Below, piece after piece: positions 28,445 through 38,793 of a DNA stretch of 58,660 bases. The stretch lies in IMG/VR virus record IMGVR_UViG_3300029327_000042, positions 1 to 58,660 of that record; one strand, 5' to 3'. The notes beneath the pieces were generated by a model, which was given only the letters and a program-made list of their open reading frames with translations, made no database searches and was not told where the DNA came from. This DNA is from a virus. Lineage: Duplodnaviria; Caudoviricetes. Position 1 is the first letter of the stretch. Each line of letters opens with the position of its first letter. Made by a program: the position numbers and the translations under genes.

Positions 28445-29434
28445 ATGTCTACCAGACTTCCTAGAAAAGTGTTAGCTTTACTAAACAAGGCAAAGGATTC
28501 TGCCTTGCTTGCTGTTGAGATATATAATAAACCAAGAACAGCTTTTAAGTCGTCTGGTTTTATAGTCTTAATGTCTATTGCTTATACAGCCTTGTTCCAT
28601 GCTCATTTCGAGAAAGAAGGAGTCAAATATTTTTATAGGAAAAAGAATTCACGTAGATTTGAAACTATAGAAGGGGATTATAAAGCATGGGAATTGACAA
28701 AATGCGCTGAAGAATATTTGGACTCAAAAGATAATCCAATTTTCAGAAATCTAGAGCTTGTTTTCAAGCTTAGAAATAAAATTGAACATAGGTTTATTCC
28801 AGAAATTGATAGTCATATTCTTGGAGAATGTCAGGCTATGCTTATAAACTTTGAGAATATGTTGGAATCTCATTTCGGGCCAAAGCACTCCATTTCGGAT
28901 CTTCTTAACATCCCCCTGCAGATCAGTCGAGGGAGAAGAAGAATGCCTTTAAGTTCTGAGGCTCAAGAGGTTCTTGATTTTGTAAGAAACTACAGAAGCT
29001 CAGTGTCAAAAAAAGTGAGAGACTCACAAAAATTTTCCTTCAAGGTGTTTTTAATTCCTAAAATTGGAAACCACAGAAATACATCTGATATTGCGATGGA
29101 GTTTGTTGATTTCGATTTGGCCAGTAAGGATCAGCAGGATAATTTAGAGAAAATTCAAACATTAATAAAGGACAGGCAAGTCCCAGTAGCTAATCAAGGT
29201 AAATATAAACCGACGAGTGTCGTTGCAGAGATCACAAATAGAACAGGAGTGGAGTTTAATGTCAGTTGGCATACAGACATGTGGAAAAAATATAAAGTGA
29301 GGCCAGATTCAACTATGTTGAAAAAAGAAAAATGTATCACGAAATATTGTCAGTATGATGTTGTACATAATGATTATGTCTATACAGAAGAATGGATAAA
29401 TCATTTAATTAAAAAAGAAATTATCAAAGGATAG
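28445..29434 (+). CDS. DUF3644-family protein with HEPN-like RxxxxH
   Basis: KAKDSALLAVEIYNKP...FIVLMSIAYTALFHA; LRNKIEH. Confidence 0.8.
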   Translation: MSTRLPRKVLALLNKAKDSALLAVEIYNKPRTAFKSSGFIVLMSIAYTALFHAHFEKEGVKYFYRKKNSRRFETIEGDYKAWELTKCAEEYLDSKDNPIFRNLELVFKLRNKIEHRFIPEIDSHILGECQAMLINFENMLESHFGPKHSISDLLNIPLQISRGRRRMPLSSEAQEVLDFVRNYRSSVSKKVRDSQKFSFKVFLIPKIGNHRNTSDIAMEFVDFDLASKDQQDNLEKIQTLIKDRQVPVANQGKYKPTSVVAEITNRTGVEFNVSWHTDMWKKYKVRPDSTMLKKEKCITKYCQYDVVHNDYVYTEEWINHLIKKEIIKG

Positions 29435-29501
29435 CGTATATATTGTCCATGGCTGGTTTGTTTAAAAATTACGTTACTTGAGCTTGTGCCTCTTCATTCT
29501 A

Positions 29502-29693
29502 TTATTTTAATGACCCAAAACAACCATTCTCCATATATTTTTCAACATCCTCTGGTTTGAACCTGATCAGACCGCCAATTTTGTGGAAGGGAATTTGTCT
29601 TCTTTCTATCATCCGATAGATAGTTCTTTTTGATACATGGAAGTGCTCCGCCACTTCAACGGGTTTCCACATTCTTCGTCTATTCTCGTACAT
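29502..29693 (-). CDS. excisionase-family HTH
   Basis: EVAEHFHVSKRTIYRMIERRQIPFHKIGGLIRF. Confidence 0.8.
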   Translation of the reverse strand: MYENRRRMWKPVEVAEHFHVSKRTIYRMIERRQIPFHKIGGLIRFKPEDVEKYMENGCFGSLK

Positions 29694-29840
29694 AAGTTTC
29701 TTTACGGGCAGGCCGGATTACATTACTGATCCAACATGCCACGTTATGTAATTAGACAGCAATAAAATGCCTATATCCAATTTATAGGATGATGTTGTTT
29801 CTCGTAAGCAGGGTAAAGTTGCCTGAAGCGGCAACCAGCT

Positions 29841-30041
29841 CTATTCGGGCCAGATGAACGGTTCAATACTAGAACGGTTGATGTAGTCCTCAACATCTTC
29901 CTGCTTAAACCTAAGCAGGCCACTAATCTTGTAGCATTTGATCTTTCTTCCATAGATCAGCCGGTAGAGGGTAGTCTTGGATATCGACAACAGCTCCGCC
30001 ACCTCCGGAAGGGTCAACATGCGTTTTGAATTGGTCGTCAT
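29841..30041 (-). CDS. excisionase-family HTH
   Basis: LTLPEVAELLSISKTTLYRLI...KISGLLRF. Confidence 0.8.
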   Translation of the reverse strand: MTTNSKRMLTLPEVAELLSISKTTLYRLIYGRKIKCYKISGLLRFKQEDVEDYINRSSIEPFIWPE

Positions 30042-30125
30042 TGGATTGGTTCTAACAATTATTGTGAAGGGTTACCCTGAGCGGAGCATCGTGCCACTTC
30101 TCCCCATATCGCCAGGCTCCCGGAA

Positions 30126-30156
30126 AAACCGGTGACACCATAGTGACAAAGAAGTG
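30126..30156 (+). repeat. 31-bp direct repeat copy 2
   Basis: Identical to 25469-25499; CGCCAGGCTC also precedes both copies. Confidence 0.9.
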
Positions 30157-30259
30157 GCGCATGCTGTCCTTTCAGGTCAACCGCCGTCACATTAGGCTTG
30201 ATCGGGCTTAAGCCGCGTTTGCTTTATTTAAGCCCCAAATTGTGTTTTTGACGTTCGGT

Positions 30260-30280
30260 TTCGAGTCCCGTCACTCCCGC
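30260..30280 (+). repeat. att core copy 2
   Basis: Identical to 25613-25633. Followed by a terminator hairpin (30291-30320) and GTGACACGATAGTGACA at 30389-30405. Confidence 0.85.
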
Positions 30281-30317
30281 CTCGTTAGAGGAAAGAGCGC
30301 TTAGGCGCTTTTTTCTT

Positions 30318-31460
30318 TTATTTAAGCATAAATTCCGCATTGCTCTCGCTCGGCCAGGACATCGTTTTTTGGTCTTTTTCCCTGACCTGTGACACGATAG
30401 TGACATTTTTTTCTCCACTGCTGGTTTGAGGGTTCAGCGCCCGCATGGCTTCGTGCAGGGCCGTGCGATTTAAGTGCGCATACCGCATCGTTGTCTGAAT
30501 GTCAGTGTGTCCCAGGAGCGCCTGCACCGCTAAGAGATTTGCTCCCTGCTGGACGAGGTGCGACGCAAAGGTATGCCGGAGCGTGTGCCAGCCAACGGCA
30601 CGTATACCGGCCTTTTCACAAATCTTTTTGAGCGTGCGCATGCTGCGGTTTTGCCTCAAGTACTCGCCGTTCATGCCGGGGAATATTAAGCCGCGCTGCT
30701 TGACTCTGCGGGAGAGGAGTTGAAGAACCGAATCAGACATCGGAACTTGCCGGATACGGTTGCTCTTCGTGCTGCCCAGCACCCCTCGGGCATAGGCCTG
30801 CCGAATGGTGAGTTCACCAGTAGCAAAGTCTACGTCCTCCCAGGTTAAGGCCGTCAGCTCTCCGAAACGCAAACCCGTTTCCAGCGCCATGAGAATCATG
30901 TCATGCCAGAACCCACTGACAGCATCAAGCAGTTGCTGACTTTCCTCCCGGGTCAGAAAATCATATTTACTCGGTTGCTTCTTGAGCTGCTTCATCTCCG
31001 GGCACGCCGCGATGAGCCCCCATTCCTTGGCGGTCTGCAGCGCTCGGCGAAGCACCGTTAGCTGATTATTGATCGTCTTGGCTTTGAGCTGCTGAGCGAT
31101 TTTCTCGGCTTTGTAGCGTTCGATGTCTCGGCTCCCAATGGCTCCGAGTTTCTTGCGACCAAAAAACGGCACGAGATGGGCCTTGAGAATTGATTGTTTG
31201 CTCCCAAACTCAGAAGGCTTGTTATTGCTTTTGACATACGTTTCTAACCATTCACTGGCAAACTCTCGAAACAAGAGTTCTTTCGGCTGATCTTTGGTCC
31301 GCTCGGGATCGAGCGGTTCGCCTGATGCCAGGCGTTTTCGTAACTGGACTTCATAGTTGAGGGCTCCTTTTCGGGAATTGTCCGGGCTCGCCCGACGAAT
31401 GCGTTTCCGGTGGAATTGGAAATCCACGAACCATTTTCGATAGCGTTTTCTTACACCCAT
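30318..31460 (-). CDS. int: tyrosine integrase
   Basis: TGLRFGEL, TKS, HTLRHTFASHL, LLGH, TMRYAH; its 3' end abuts the att site. Confidence 0.93.
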   Translation of the reverse strand: MGVRKRYRKWFVDFQFHRKRIRRASPDNSRKGALNYEVQLRKRLASGEPLDPERTKDQPKELLFREFASEWLETYVKSNNKPSEFGSKQSILKAHLVPFFGRKKLGAIGSRDIERYKAEKIAQQLKAKTINNQLTVLRRALQTAKEWGLIAACPEMKQLKKQPSKYDFLTREESQQLLDAVSGFWHDMILMALETGLRFGELTALTWEDVDFATGELTIRQAYARGVLGSTKSNRIRQVPMSDSVLQLLSRRVKQRGLIFPGMNGEYLRQNRSMRTLKKICEKAGIRAVGWHTLRHTFASHLVQQGANLLAVQALLGHTDIQTTMRYAHLNRTALHEAMRALNPQTSSGEKNVTIVSQVREKDQKTMSWPSESNAEFMLK

Positions 31461-31479
31461 ACGCTTATAGAGGCATCGG

Positions 31480-31677
31480 TCAAATGCCCTTTGCTTCCAG
31501 GTACTGGTTAATCTCCGTAATAGGAAACCTGAGTGAGCCGCCCACCTTGTGAGCCGGGAGCTCCCGTTTATCTACCAACCGATACACAGTGGTTTTGGAA
31601 ATGGCCAGGACCTCCGCAACTTCTTCGGTGGTGTACACTTTTTTAAGTGGGTGAGGGGCATCGAAACCGATGTTCAT
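31480..31677 (-). CDS. excisionase-family HTH
   Basis: YTTEEVAEVLAISKTTVYRLVDKRELPAHKVGGSLRF; directly upstream of int. Confidence 0.85.
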   Translation of the reverse strand: MNIGFDAPHPLKKVYTTEEVAEVLAISKTTVYRLVDKRELPAHKVGGSLRFPITEINQYLEAKGI

Positions 31678-32112
31678 TGAATTGTTAAAGAGCGATATAG
31701 GGGTATGGCGAATTTGGCCACACTTGTCTATATCCACTCTAGCGTTAAGGGTAAGAGCTTACAAGTGTCCGTAATGCAAGGAATGTTTGCCTGTTTCCGG
31801 TATCACACATTCAGCTTAGGCGAACATCCCGAGAGATAAAAGACGGGTATTGTTGCCGTTACAAGCAACACTGAAGGCTACTGCGTAAGCCGGTTGCTGC
31901 CCCATGACCCTAACGGTTGCACGGGAATGATAGAGAGAAGAAAGAAGAAGAGAGAGACGAGGAGGGGAGAGAAAAAACCAGTGTAACCAAGGACCGCCCC
32001 TTTAAAGAAGGGATTAACCAGCCCTTAACCGATTGAAGTTATTCGCATTCCACGGTTTTTCATCAGGATTATGCCGTTTATAAAATAACCAGGGAGTTAC
32101 CTCCGTCGCCGA

Positions 32113-33153
32113 TTATTCAGCCATTAACTCTTGCTTGTCTACTCCAATGAGCGTTTTAACCATGGACTGTAAATAATCCGGCATATCCTGAATAGGGATT
32201 TCAGTTTCGGTTAATCGATGGTATTCATCCAAATATTTTTGGAAGACTTGCTTATGGTCAGTCGCAAATCCAACGGTATTGTTTTGGAGATGACCCAGGT
32301 TAGTTAAGGTCCTTACCCTCTCATCAAAATAATCAATGTGCGGTTGATCCTGACCCATAAAAAGCACCTTGCTGTTTTCATTGCTATTGCTGGGTAGCTC
32401 CTTCATTTGGACAAATAGGCGTGGGCACATCCCAATTAACTTAATATTGAACAATCCTGGATAGCGAGTAACGAATTGAATTGTTTCTCTAATGTGTTTC
32501 AATATATGCTTTTTGACCTCAGCCTTACTACCTAGTGCTATATAATCCTCCATACATTTATGACAAACCAACGTGTTGATATGATAGCCATTTTTCAAAG
32601 AGTAATTAAATAAGTGCCATCTCCTATGATGGAAATGATCGGACAAGGTGCTGTAAATGCGATACAATGAGTCATCCTGGCTGGTATAAAGCTTTTCATA
32701 TTTTCTCTTAATGTGGAATACATATTCATGGGACATCATGGCGACATGAGGCGTCTTGTAAATTAAGTATGTATCTCCCGGCAACCGTTCCATGGATAAG
32801 ATCAACAGGTCAAAGGTGATCAGGGAGTGGATGTTTTGAAGCCCCTTGATACTCCGTCGCTCCGCAGCCTGCATCAGCAGGTTCGCATCGAGCTCATCAA
32901 CCTCGCTCCACCCATAAAACTTGAGTATCTCATTGGTTTCGCTTAAGGGGAGATTGAGCGCCACCATTGCGACGGCAAGAATTTTATCTCGGCCAATCTT
33001 GCCCACTTTTCCCTTTTCGATGAGTTTTAGGTAACTATTTGAAATGCCAGTGATAGTGGCTATTTCATTTTTGCTCAGACCGGATTGTATTAACTTCCCC
33101 CCCAGATCATAGCTGGGCTCGGGAGCGAATTTTCTGTCTGCCGACTGTGACAT
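32113..33153 (-). CDS. XRE-HTH regulator with large C-terminal domain
   Basis: SGLSKNEIATITGISNSYLKLIEKG; start placed at MSQSAD. Confidence 0.7.
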   Translation of the reverse strand: MSQSADRKFAPEPSYDLGGKLIQSGLSKNEIATITGISNSYLKLIEKGKVGKIGRDKILAVAMVALNLPLSETNEILKFYGWSEVDELDANLLMQAAERRSIKGLQNIHSLITFDLLILSMERLPGDTYLIYKTPHVAMMSHEYVFHIKRKYEKLYTSQDDSLYRIYSTLSDHFHHRRWHLFNYSLKNGYHINTLVCHKCMEDYIALGSKAEVKKHILKHIRETIQFVTRYPGLFNIKLIGMCPRLFVQMKELPSNSNENSKVLFMGQDQPHIDYFDERVRTLTNLGHLQNNTVGFATDHKQVFQKYLDEYHRLTETEIPIQDMPDYLQSMVKTLIGVDKQELMAE

Positions 33154-33348
33154 AGCGTTCCTCACTGTAAATAGTACTTGCAGTAATGCTTGACATACCG
33201 AACAACTGCGACTAGAATCCACACTCATTGAGTACGTATCACAGGTGGCTCCGCAGAGCAATCCAAAAGTGGAGCATCAATATAATTCCTCACACAGCGC
33301 TTCTCATTGTTTCAACTCGGCTCCGGACCGCTAGGAGGAGGGAAGGTG

Positions 33349-33648
33349 ATGACGGTTAAGACGGAGGAAGCCATAGCACGGGAAGCCCGAGAAGATTTCG
33401 GCAATCGAATCAATCGGACCTGGGTGATGAAGAATAAAGCCGCCGAAGTGCTCGGCTACCACGAAAAGAGTATCCGTAATTTTGTAAACGAGGGCCGTCT
33501 CACTGGGTACCATGATAAGCAGGGATACCACGTTGAGATCCTCTCCATGGCGACCTTCCTCTATTGGAAAACGTCCCATCTTTCCCGCGAGTTGCGATAC
33601 CAGATAGTCCACGAGCTTTTCAGCACCCACGGTCTTTTACGCAAATAA
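33349..33648 (+). CDS. HTH DNA-binding protein (xis-like)
   Basis: KAAEVLGYHEKSIRNFVNEGRL; GGAGG RBS; hairpin terminator 33671-33705. Confidence 0.7.
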   Translation: MTVKTEEAIAREAREDFGNRINRTWVMKNKAAEVLGYHEKSIRNFVNEGRLTGYHDKQGYHVEILSMATFLYWKTSHLSRELRYQIVHELFSTHGLLRK

Positions 33649-33819
33649 GCTTTCTGGTTTCTGATTAACTGGACTGAGAGAGAAATCTCTCGGTCCTTTG
33701 CTTTTTATGGAAATACAAGGAAGCGGTGGAAGCTCCTGGAGTCGTCTTTCCATCTGCCTGAAAATACAATGAAATATAAGGCGTACAACGTTAACTGATT
33801 AACCGATGGAGCAGAAGCA

Positions 33820-34434
33820 ATGGACAAAGTAGATGAAGTCATGAGGCTCATGGAGATGCTGCAAGTCTCGGACAAGCACCCCATCGGCAAAGTTATGTCA
33901 GCGAAGGGGTACTGGACGGCGGGAGTTTCGGCCAGCAATAACGCTTACAAAATCCTTGTCGAACTCGTCAGCCTTAACCGCCTGGAAAAGGGCAACGGAT
34001 TCTTCCGGCTGCCGGGATGTAAATCCGATTATGGCGAACATGCAAGGCTTCTGACCAGGATACTTGCCGAAATTCTCAAACTGCCCTTTGCCGTTTCTAT
34101 TTTTCGCGAGCACACCATACAAGCTGTTGGCTTGCGACCAGACGCGCTCATCTTGATCACCGATCACAACCGGGCGTTGTGTCTGGTACTCGAAGCGGTC
34201 AATCAGGAATCAGACCGCTCTTTGGAAACTAAGCGGAATGTGTGGAACCAGTGGGCCGATGCCAAAAAGTACCTCGGCCAATTGTTCAGGGTCACGATTC
34301 CGCATTTCGATTTTGTCAGGAGCGATGAACTCAGTCGCTACCTCAAGGAGGTAATCTATGACCAACCAAATCGCCATATGCCTCACCTTTTCTCTGATGC
34401 TGGGGCTGGTGGCGTATTACAAACCGCCTCCTGA
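33820..34434 (+). CDS. Replic_Relax-like PD-(D/E)XK protein
   Basis: EHARLLT...FREH...LRPDALI...LVLEA. Confidence 0.55.
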   Translation: MDKVDEVMRLMEMLQVSDKHPIGKVMSAKGYWTAGVSASNNAYKILVELVSLNRLEKGNGFFRLPGCKSDYGEHARLLTRILAEILKLPFAVSIFREHTIQAVGLRPDALILITDHNRALCLVLEAVNQESDRSLETKRNVWNQWADAKKYLGQLFRVTIPHFDFVRSDELSRYLKEVIYDQPNRHMPHLFSDAGAGGVLQTAS

Positions 34435-34720
34435 AATAAAACGGGAGGTAATTGAGAAGCCCGTAATCGTGAAAGAAGTGGAAATTGTTGAAAAGCCGGT
34501 CATCGTGGAAAAGATGGCGGGAACCCACGACAAGGAATCTGTCACTGCCCCGCATGGCCGGTCGAAAATAAAACACAAACCCATCTCGCGTCCACTGGTG
34601 CGAAACGGCTATGCCGTGCGGTACCAACCAGGAGAACGGTGCGGTTGCCAACCGGGGTATCCATCCTATGGGACAACCGGCTATTGGGAATCACCCTATC
34701 GTTGGCATGCGTATCGATAA
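34358..34720 (+). CDS. membrane-anchored hypothetical protein
   Basis: AAGGAGG RBS; TM helix; EVIEKPVIV repeats. Confidence 0.6.
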   Translation: MTNQIAICLTFSLMLGLVAYYKPPPEIKREVIEKPVIVKEVEIVEKPVIVEKMAGTHDKESVTAPHGRSKIKHKPISRPLVRNGYAVRYQPGERCGCQPGYPSYGTTGYWESPYRWHAYR

Positions 34721-34758
34721 TCTACTGGCTACGATGAGCGGCCAGAAAGGAAACAGCT

Positions 34759-34983
34759 ATGGAACAAATTGTAATTGCGAGTTCGTCCGTAATGCCGCTG
34801 CTGATGGCATTCGGACTTGGTATCCTCTTAGGCTGGCTACTTAGTTATCAATCGGCGCTGCGAAGAGGCTATGAACGGGCGATCCAGGAACGGAATCGGG
34901 AACAGAGCGCTCAAGCCTTTGCGCAGTACCTACAGAGTATTGCACAAGGAGTGCGTAATGAACCTTCCGATTCCCACGAATGA
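34759..34983 (+). CDS. small TM protein
   Basis: Hydrophobic helix then amphipathic tail. Confidence 0.6.
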   Translation: MEQIVIASSSVMPLLMAFGLGILLGWLLSYQSALRRGYERAIQERNREQSAQAFAQYLQSIAQGVRNEPSDSHE

Positions 34984-35428
34984 CAAACTGAAATTAAAGT
35001 TGCCGCCGCTACACGCGTTGCCCGCGATGTTCGAGCCGATGCTGCCTATGCCGGTGCCTCAGTTACCATACAAACCAGGAATCGCCGGCATCATCGAAGG
35101 GTTTTTCCATAACGTAGCGCTCAAGCAGCTCAACACTGCGGCGGAAAGCGAAGCCAACATCGCCGAAAATAAATTGCGACAAACCAAGGCCCAGTTCGAA
35201 CAGATTAAGGAGCTTCTGTTATTTGGGCATAAATACAACTTGGACATGGTGAGAATTAACCACGAGCAGGAAATGTTGGCGATTGAAAAACGGTCGGCGG
35301 AAGCCTCTCTGGCTGAGCAACAGTTGAAAAACTATCTCACCCAGATCGAAGCCGAAAAGGCCCAGCTCGAATTGCAGCAAATGAAGAAAGAATTGGGCAT
35401 CGGCTCGGATAAAGAAAGCAGCGAGTAA
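34958..35428 (+). CDS. coiled-coil hypothetical protein
   Basis: AAGGAG RBS; heptad-rich C-terminal half. Confidence 0.6.
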   Translation: MNLPIPTNDKLKLKLPPLHALPAMFEPMLPMPVPQLPYKPGIAGIIEGFFHNVALKQLNTAAESEANIAENKLRQTKAQFEQIKELLLFGHKYNLDMVRINHEQEMLAIEKRSAEASLAEQQLKNYLTQIEAEKAQLELQQMKKELGIGSDKESSE

Positions 35429-35857
35429 GAAGATAAAATCAACCACCCTTCACCGGGGATCAAATTTCCGGTGAAGGGATGGCGGGAGCGTCTTTGACAA
35501 CTCCCGTCAGAAATATTGAGGGAAGGGGGTGAGATATAGATGCACGGACTTGATGTAATAAGGCGGATGAATGATCGCGCTGTCGAGAAGGAGCGCGAGA
35601 GTGATGTGAAGTGTCGATGCGGGAAGAATACTCTCGACACTGAAGACGAAGAGCAAATAGAACGCGCCGCGAGAATAATCTGGGTCTTGTGCCGGAAAAA
35701 GGCTGCGTAGCGCAGTAAGGGAAAGGGCAGGGCTTGGGTAAGCTCTGCCCGCCCTTAAAAAATAGACGGCAGAAGCCGAATTGACATTTTCATTCCTCTT
35801 CACTGGAAAAACTACCTTGAGGGTAATTCTCCAGTGAAATGGAATGGAGGTGAACCG

Positions 35858-36994
35858 ATGAATCTTCTTTCCCGGTTAAAACTCGGACTAAGTCCGAATT
35901 GGGTGATGGAATACATTGCGGGTCCGAATCGGTATCTGGGGACAACCATGGTGGGTGGCCCCGGCACGGGCAAGACTTCATTTATCCGCTCGTGCTGGCA
36001 GCAAGATGAACTCTATGGGACGTCGCGGATGCTGATCGATCCCGCACGCTTTTTGGCCATGGATGCTCTGGCAATCTCCCATGGCCAGGCGCTTTATTGT
36101 TCTCAAGAAACGCCGTTAAGTCTCAACATAATGGCCCAGCCCTATCACGAAAACCAGATCGTGGACACAGTCTGCGAGGCCATTAACCAAGTGATTGCGC
36201 TGACCACCAGCAATCAAAGTCTCACTGCACGGATGCGCGCCATCCTTCAGGAATCGATACTTTACAATCTCAAACGTAACCGTAAGTCGCTGATCAATGT
36301 ACGTGACCACATCGCTCAAGGGAAACAGGATGTAACGACCGAGGGGATATTGGCCCGCCTGAATTACCTTCTGGGGGACGCGCAGGTGAACAGGATTATC
36401 TGTGGAAATAATCCTTTGGAAGTGGGCAGTTTCAGTAAAAGCGGCAAAGCATTTATTCTAGATTGTTTTGGCATGAGCCGCGAGCGCATGCTCTTTGTGG
36501 GGAATCTACTTAGTCAAACCGTCAAAAACTATTTCCTCTATCAGCGGCCCAAAACCTACTCACCGCTGGCTCTCTATATTGATGAGGCGCATAACTTCGT
36601 GAATCCAAATCTGTTCGACATTTTGAAGGAAGGTCGGAAATACAAACTGGCGTGTCTTCTTGCCACTCAGGATTTCGCCCTGGTCGGTGAAAAACTCGCC
36701 AGAGTCATGCTTAACGTCGGCAACTTGGTGGCCTTCCGGGTGGGGTATAAAGAAGCCAGTCTCCTAGCCAGGGAAATGGGCCTAACGCCCGAAACATTGC
36801 AGTTCCTACCGAAATATTACTTGGCGTACAAAACGGTTGATCGGGTGGGGATTGTGAAAGCGCCCCGCCCACCGTTCGTGAAACCGTTGCAGCTCGGGAA
36901 ACGGCCGCCTCACGGACCGGTCATGCCGGTTGCTGAGCCAAGACCTGAGTGGAAGGGCTGGTTTCCGTTGGAACAGACTGAGTCATCCGTTTGA
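35858..36994 (+). CDS. VirD4/TraG-like ATPase
   Basis: GGPGTGKT, LIDP, LYIDEAHNF, KEGRKYKL...ATQ; GGAGGT RBS. Confidence 0.82.
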   Translation: MNLLSRLKLGLSPNWVMEYIAGPNRYLGTTMVGGPGTGKTSFIRSCWQQDELYGTSRMLIDPARFLAMDALAISHGQALYCSQETPLSLNIMAQPYHENQIVDTVCEAINQVIALTTSNQSLTARMRAILQESILYNLKRNRKSLINVRDHIAQGKQDVTTEGILARLNYLLGDAQVNRIICGNNPLEVGSFSKSGKAFILDCFGMSRERMLFVGNLLSQTVKNYFLYQRPKTYSPLALYIDEAHNFVNPNLFDILKEGRKYKLACLLATQDFALVGEKLARVMLNVGNLVAFRVGYKEASLLAREMGLTPETLQFLPKYYLAYKTVDRVGIVKAPRPPFVKPLQLGKRPPHGPVMPVAEPRPEWKGWFPLEQTESSV

Positions 36995-37053
36995 ATCATG
37001 GGGACAGCATCTGCGCTGTCCCCAATCATTTTACCTGTAAAGGAAATACTGCC

Positions 37054-37353
37054 GTGGAAGAATATCTGACCACCAAGGAATTAGCCGCCAGAATCAGATA
37101 CAGCGAGCAAACCATTTACAACATGATTCACAAAGGGACGCTGATTCTGGGAGAGCACTATATTAAACCGACCCCGAAGAAGCTGTTGTTTCGATGGAGC
37201 GCGATGCGGGACTGGTTGGGCGAGACGCCGAGCCTCCCAGCCCACATAAATGCTCAAGATCAAACTCGACCGGAAGCGTTCCCCGAATCCATCGTTCGAT
37301 CAAAAGGATCGGGATCTCATCGAGAAAAGGGATCACGAGTGATCAACATCTGA
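37054..37353 (+). CDS. excisionase/AlpA-like HTH
   Basis: EYLTTKELAARIRYSEQTIYNMIHKG...GEHYIKP. Confidence 0.8.
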   Translation: MEEYLTTKELAARIRYSEQTIYNMIHKGTLILGEHYIKPTPKKLLFRWSAMRDWLGETPSLPAHINAQDQTRPEAFPESIVRSKGSGSHREKGSRVINI

Positions 37354-37453
37354 AGTCCGTGAGCAGTGAACTCTTCTTGGCAGCCGCTGATTCTGGTAGA
37401 ATGCAGGCTGGTGAAAATCAGCGGAAGGAGGTTGCCTATGAGGAGCATTTAGG

Positions 37454-38770
37454 ATGAGCACTGGTAATGCGGCGAAAGCCAATGTGGTGGATTTTCCACT
37501 CATTACGAAATCAAAGAAGCAGATCGCAAAGACCCGGAAATCCGGGCTGAACCACAATAAGTGGGGTTCGGTCCGAAACTATGAGGGCAAGGTCGGGGTG
37601 GATTTCATCTATCTTGATGAGCGGGTTAGGGAAGTGACGGAATACCGCTGGAATGAGAAAAACACCAAGACTGTTCGAGAACAGATGGATCGGATCAAGA
37701 TCAAGATCGATGAAGGTACGTTTCGGTTTTCAGAGGCCTTCTCGTTCAGTAAGAAGGCGGAATACTTCGCCAACAAGGAGCGTGAGCATTACGGGCTCCC
37801 GCTAACTCCCGAGCAGGTGCGGTGCGGGGAGTATGCCTGGCAGTGGTATCAACGACGGAGCCTCTCGGGCCGGATAACGGGTAGAACCCTTCGGGAGTAC
37901 AAGAGTTATCTGAAACGCTATCTCGATCCGTTCTTTGGCACGCGGTCATTTGGGCAGCTCAATGCAGAGGTGTTGGAAGATTTTGTGGCCTGGGCACGGC
38001 AGCAGAAACTTAAGGGCCATCCCGTCTCCAATAAATCGATCAATAAGTATTTGGTGCCTCTGCGGATGATCTGTGAAGCGGCCGCGATTGAACATAAGTG
38101 GGGACGTGGCTTTGACCCGTTCTTTGGATTTAGCCGACTGCCCGAAAACGATGCTCGGGATGAAATCTTCCCGTTTAAGCTTGAGGAACAGGTGATGATC
38201 TGCGAGGCCCTCCCTGAGCATTGGCGACCCTATTTCCAGTTTGCTTTCCGGTCCGGTTTAAGACCGGGGGAGCAGATTGGATTAAAGCCGGAAGACATCG
38301 ATTGGGAAAAGGGGTTGCTTCACGTTCGGCGGGCCATCACGCTCGATGTGGAAGGACAGAGAACGGAAGGGAAGACCAAGAACAGATTCAGTCGGCGGAC
38401 GATCAAACTCACACAGACAATGCTGGCGCCACTGCTGGCCCAGAAAGTCATTTATGAAAGGTTGGGGAGTGCCTACTTCTTTTGCACGCCGGGCGGTCAC
38501 CCCGTGCATCTGAGCAATTTGCGCAGGAAAGTCTGGATACCCACGCTTGAGGAGGTGGTGGGGATACCCGTAAGAGCTCTCAAGCAGACTCGCCATAGCT
38601 TTGCCACGAACGCCCTGAGCCACGGCGTCAATCCGTTGTGGATTGCCAAGGTGATGGGGCACCGGGACACCGAGATGGTGATCAAGACCTATACGAAGTA
38701 TGTCGAGAATAGCCGGGGGATGGAGGATGGTGCCATCTACGACAGGTTGTATCAGTCCGGTCCGCAGTAA
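37454..38770 (+). CDS. int: tyrosine integrase with arm-binding N-domain
   Basis: SGLRPGEQ, KTK, KQTRHSFA, VMGH, TYTKY. Confidence 0.92.
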   Translation: MSTGNAAKANVVDFPLITKSKKQIAKTRKSGLNHNKWGSVRNYEGKVGVDFIYLDERVREVTEYRWNEKNTKTVREQMDRIKIKIDEGTFRFSEAFSFSKKAEYFANKEREHYGLPLTPEQVRCGEYAWQWYQRRSLSGRITGRTLREYKSYLKRYLDPFFGTRSFGQLNAEVLEDFVAWARQQKLKGHPVSNKSINKYLVPLRMICEAAAIEHKWGRGFDPFFGFSRLPENDARDEIFPFKLEEQVMICEALPEHWRPYFQFAFRSGLRPGEQIGLKPEDIDWEKGLLHVRRAITLDVEGQRTEGKTKNRFSRRTIKLTQTMLAPLLAQKVIYERLGSAYFFCTPGGHPVHLSNLRRKVWIPTLEEVVGIPVRALKQTRHSFATNALSHGVNPLWIAKVMGHRDTEMVIKTYTKYVENSRGMEDGAIYDRLYQSGPQ

Positions 38771-38793
38771 GGATGTGGTTTGACAAGTTATCT

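Larger units (their letters stand above)
25613..30280. mobile_element. integrase-less att-flanked cassette (4,647 bp between cores)
   Basis: Identical 21-bp cores, arm sites at both ends, two xis-like genes and AT-rich cargo. Confidence 0.75.

Noticed and set aside
25931-29434. Integron cassette array
   Set aside because: No attC-like RYYYAAC...GTTRRRY palindromes were recognised between the genes, and no IntI-type insertion was recognised in either integrase.
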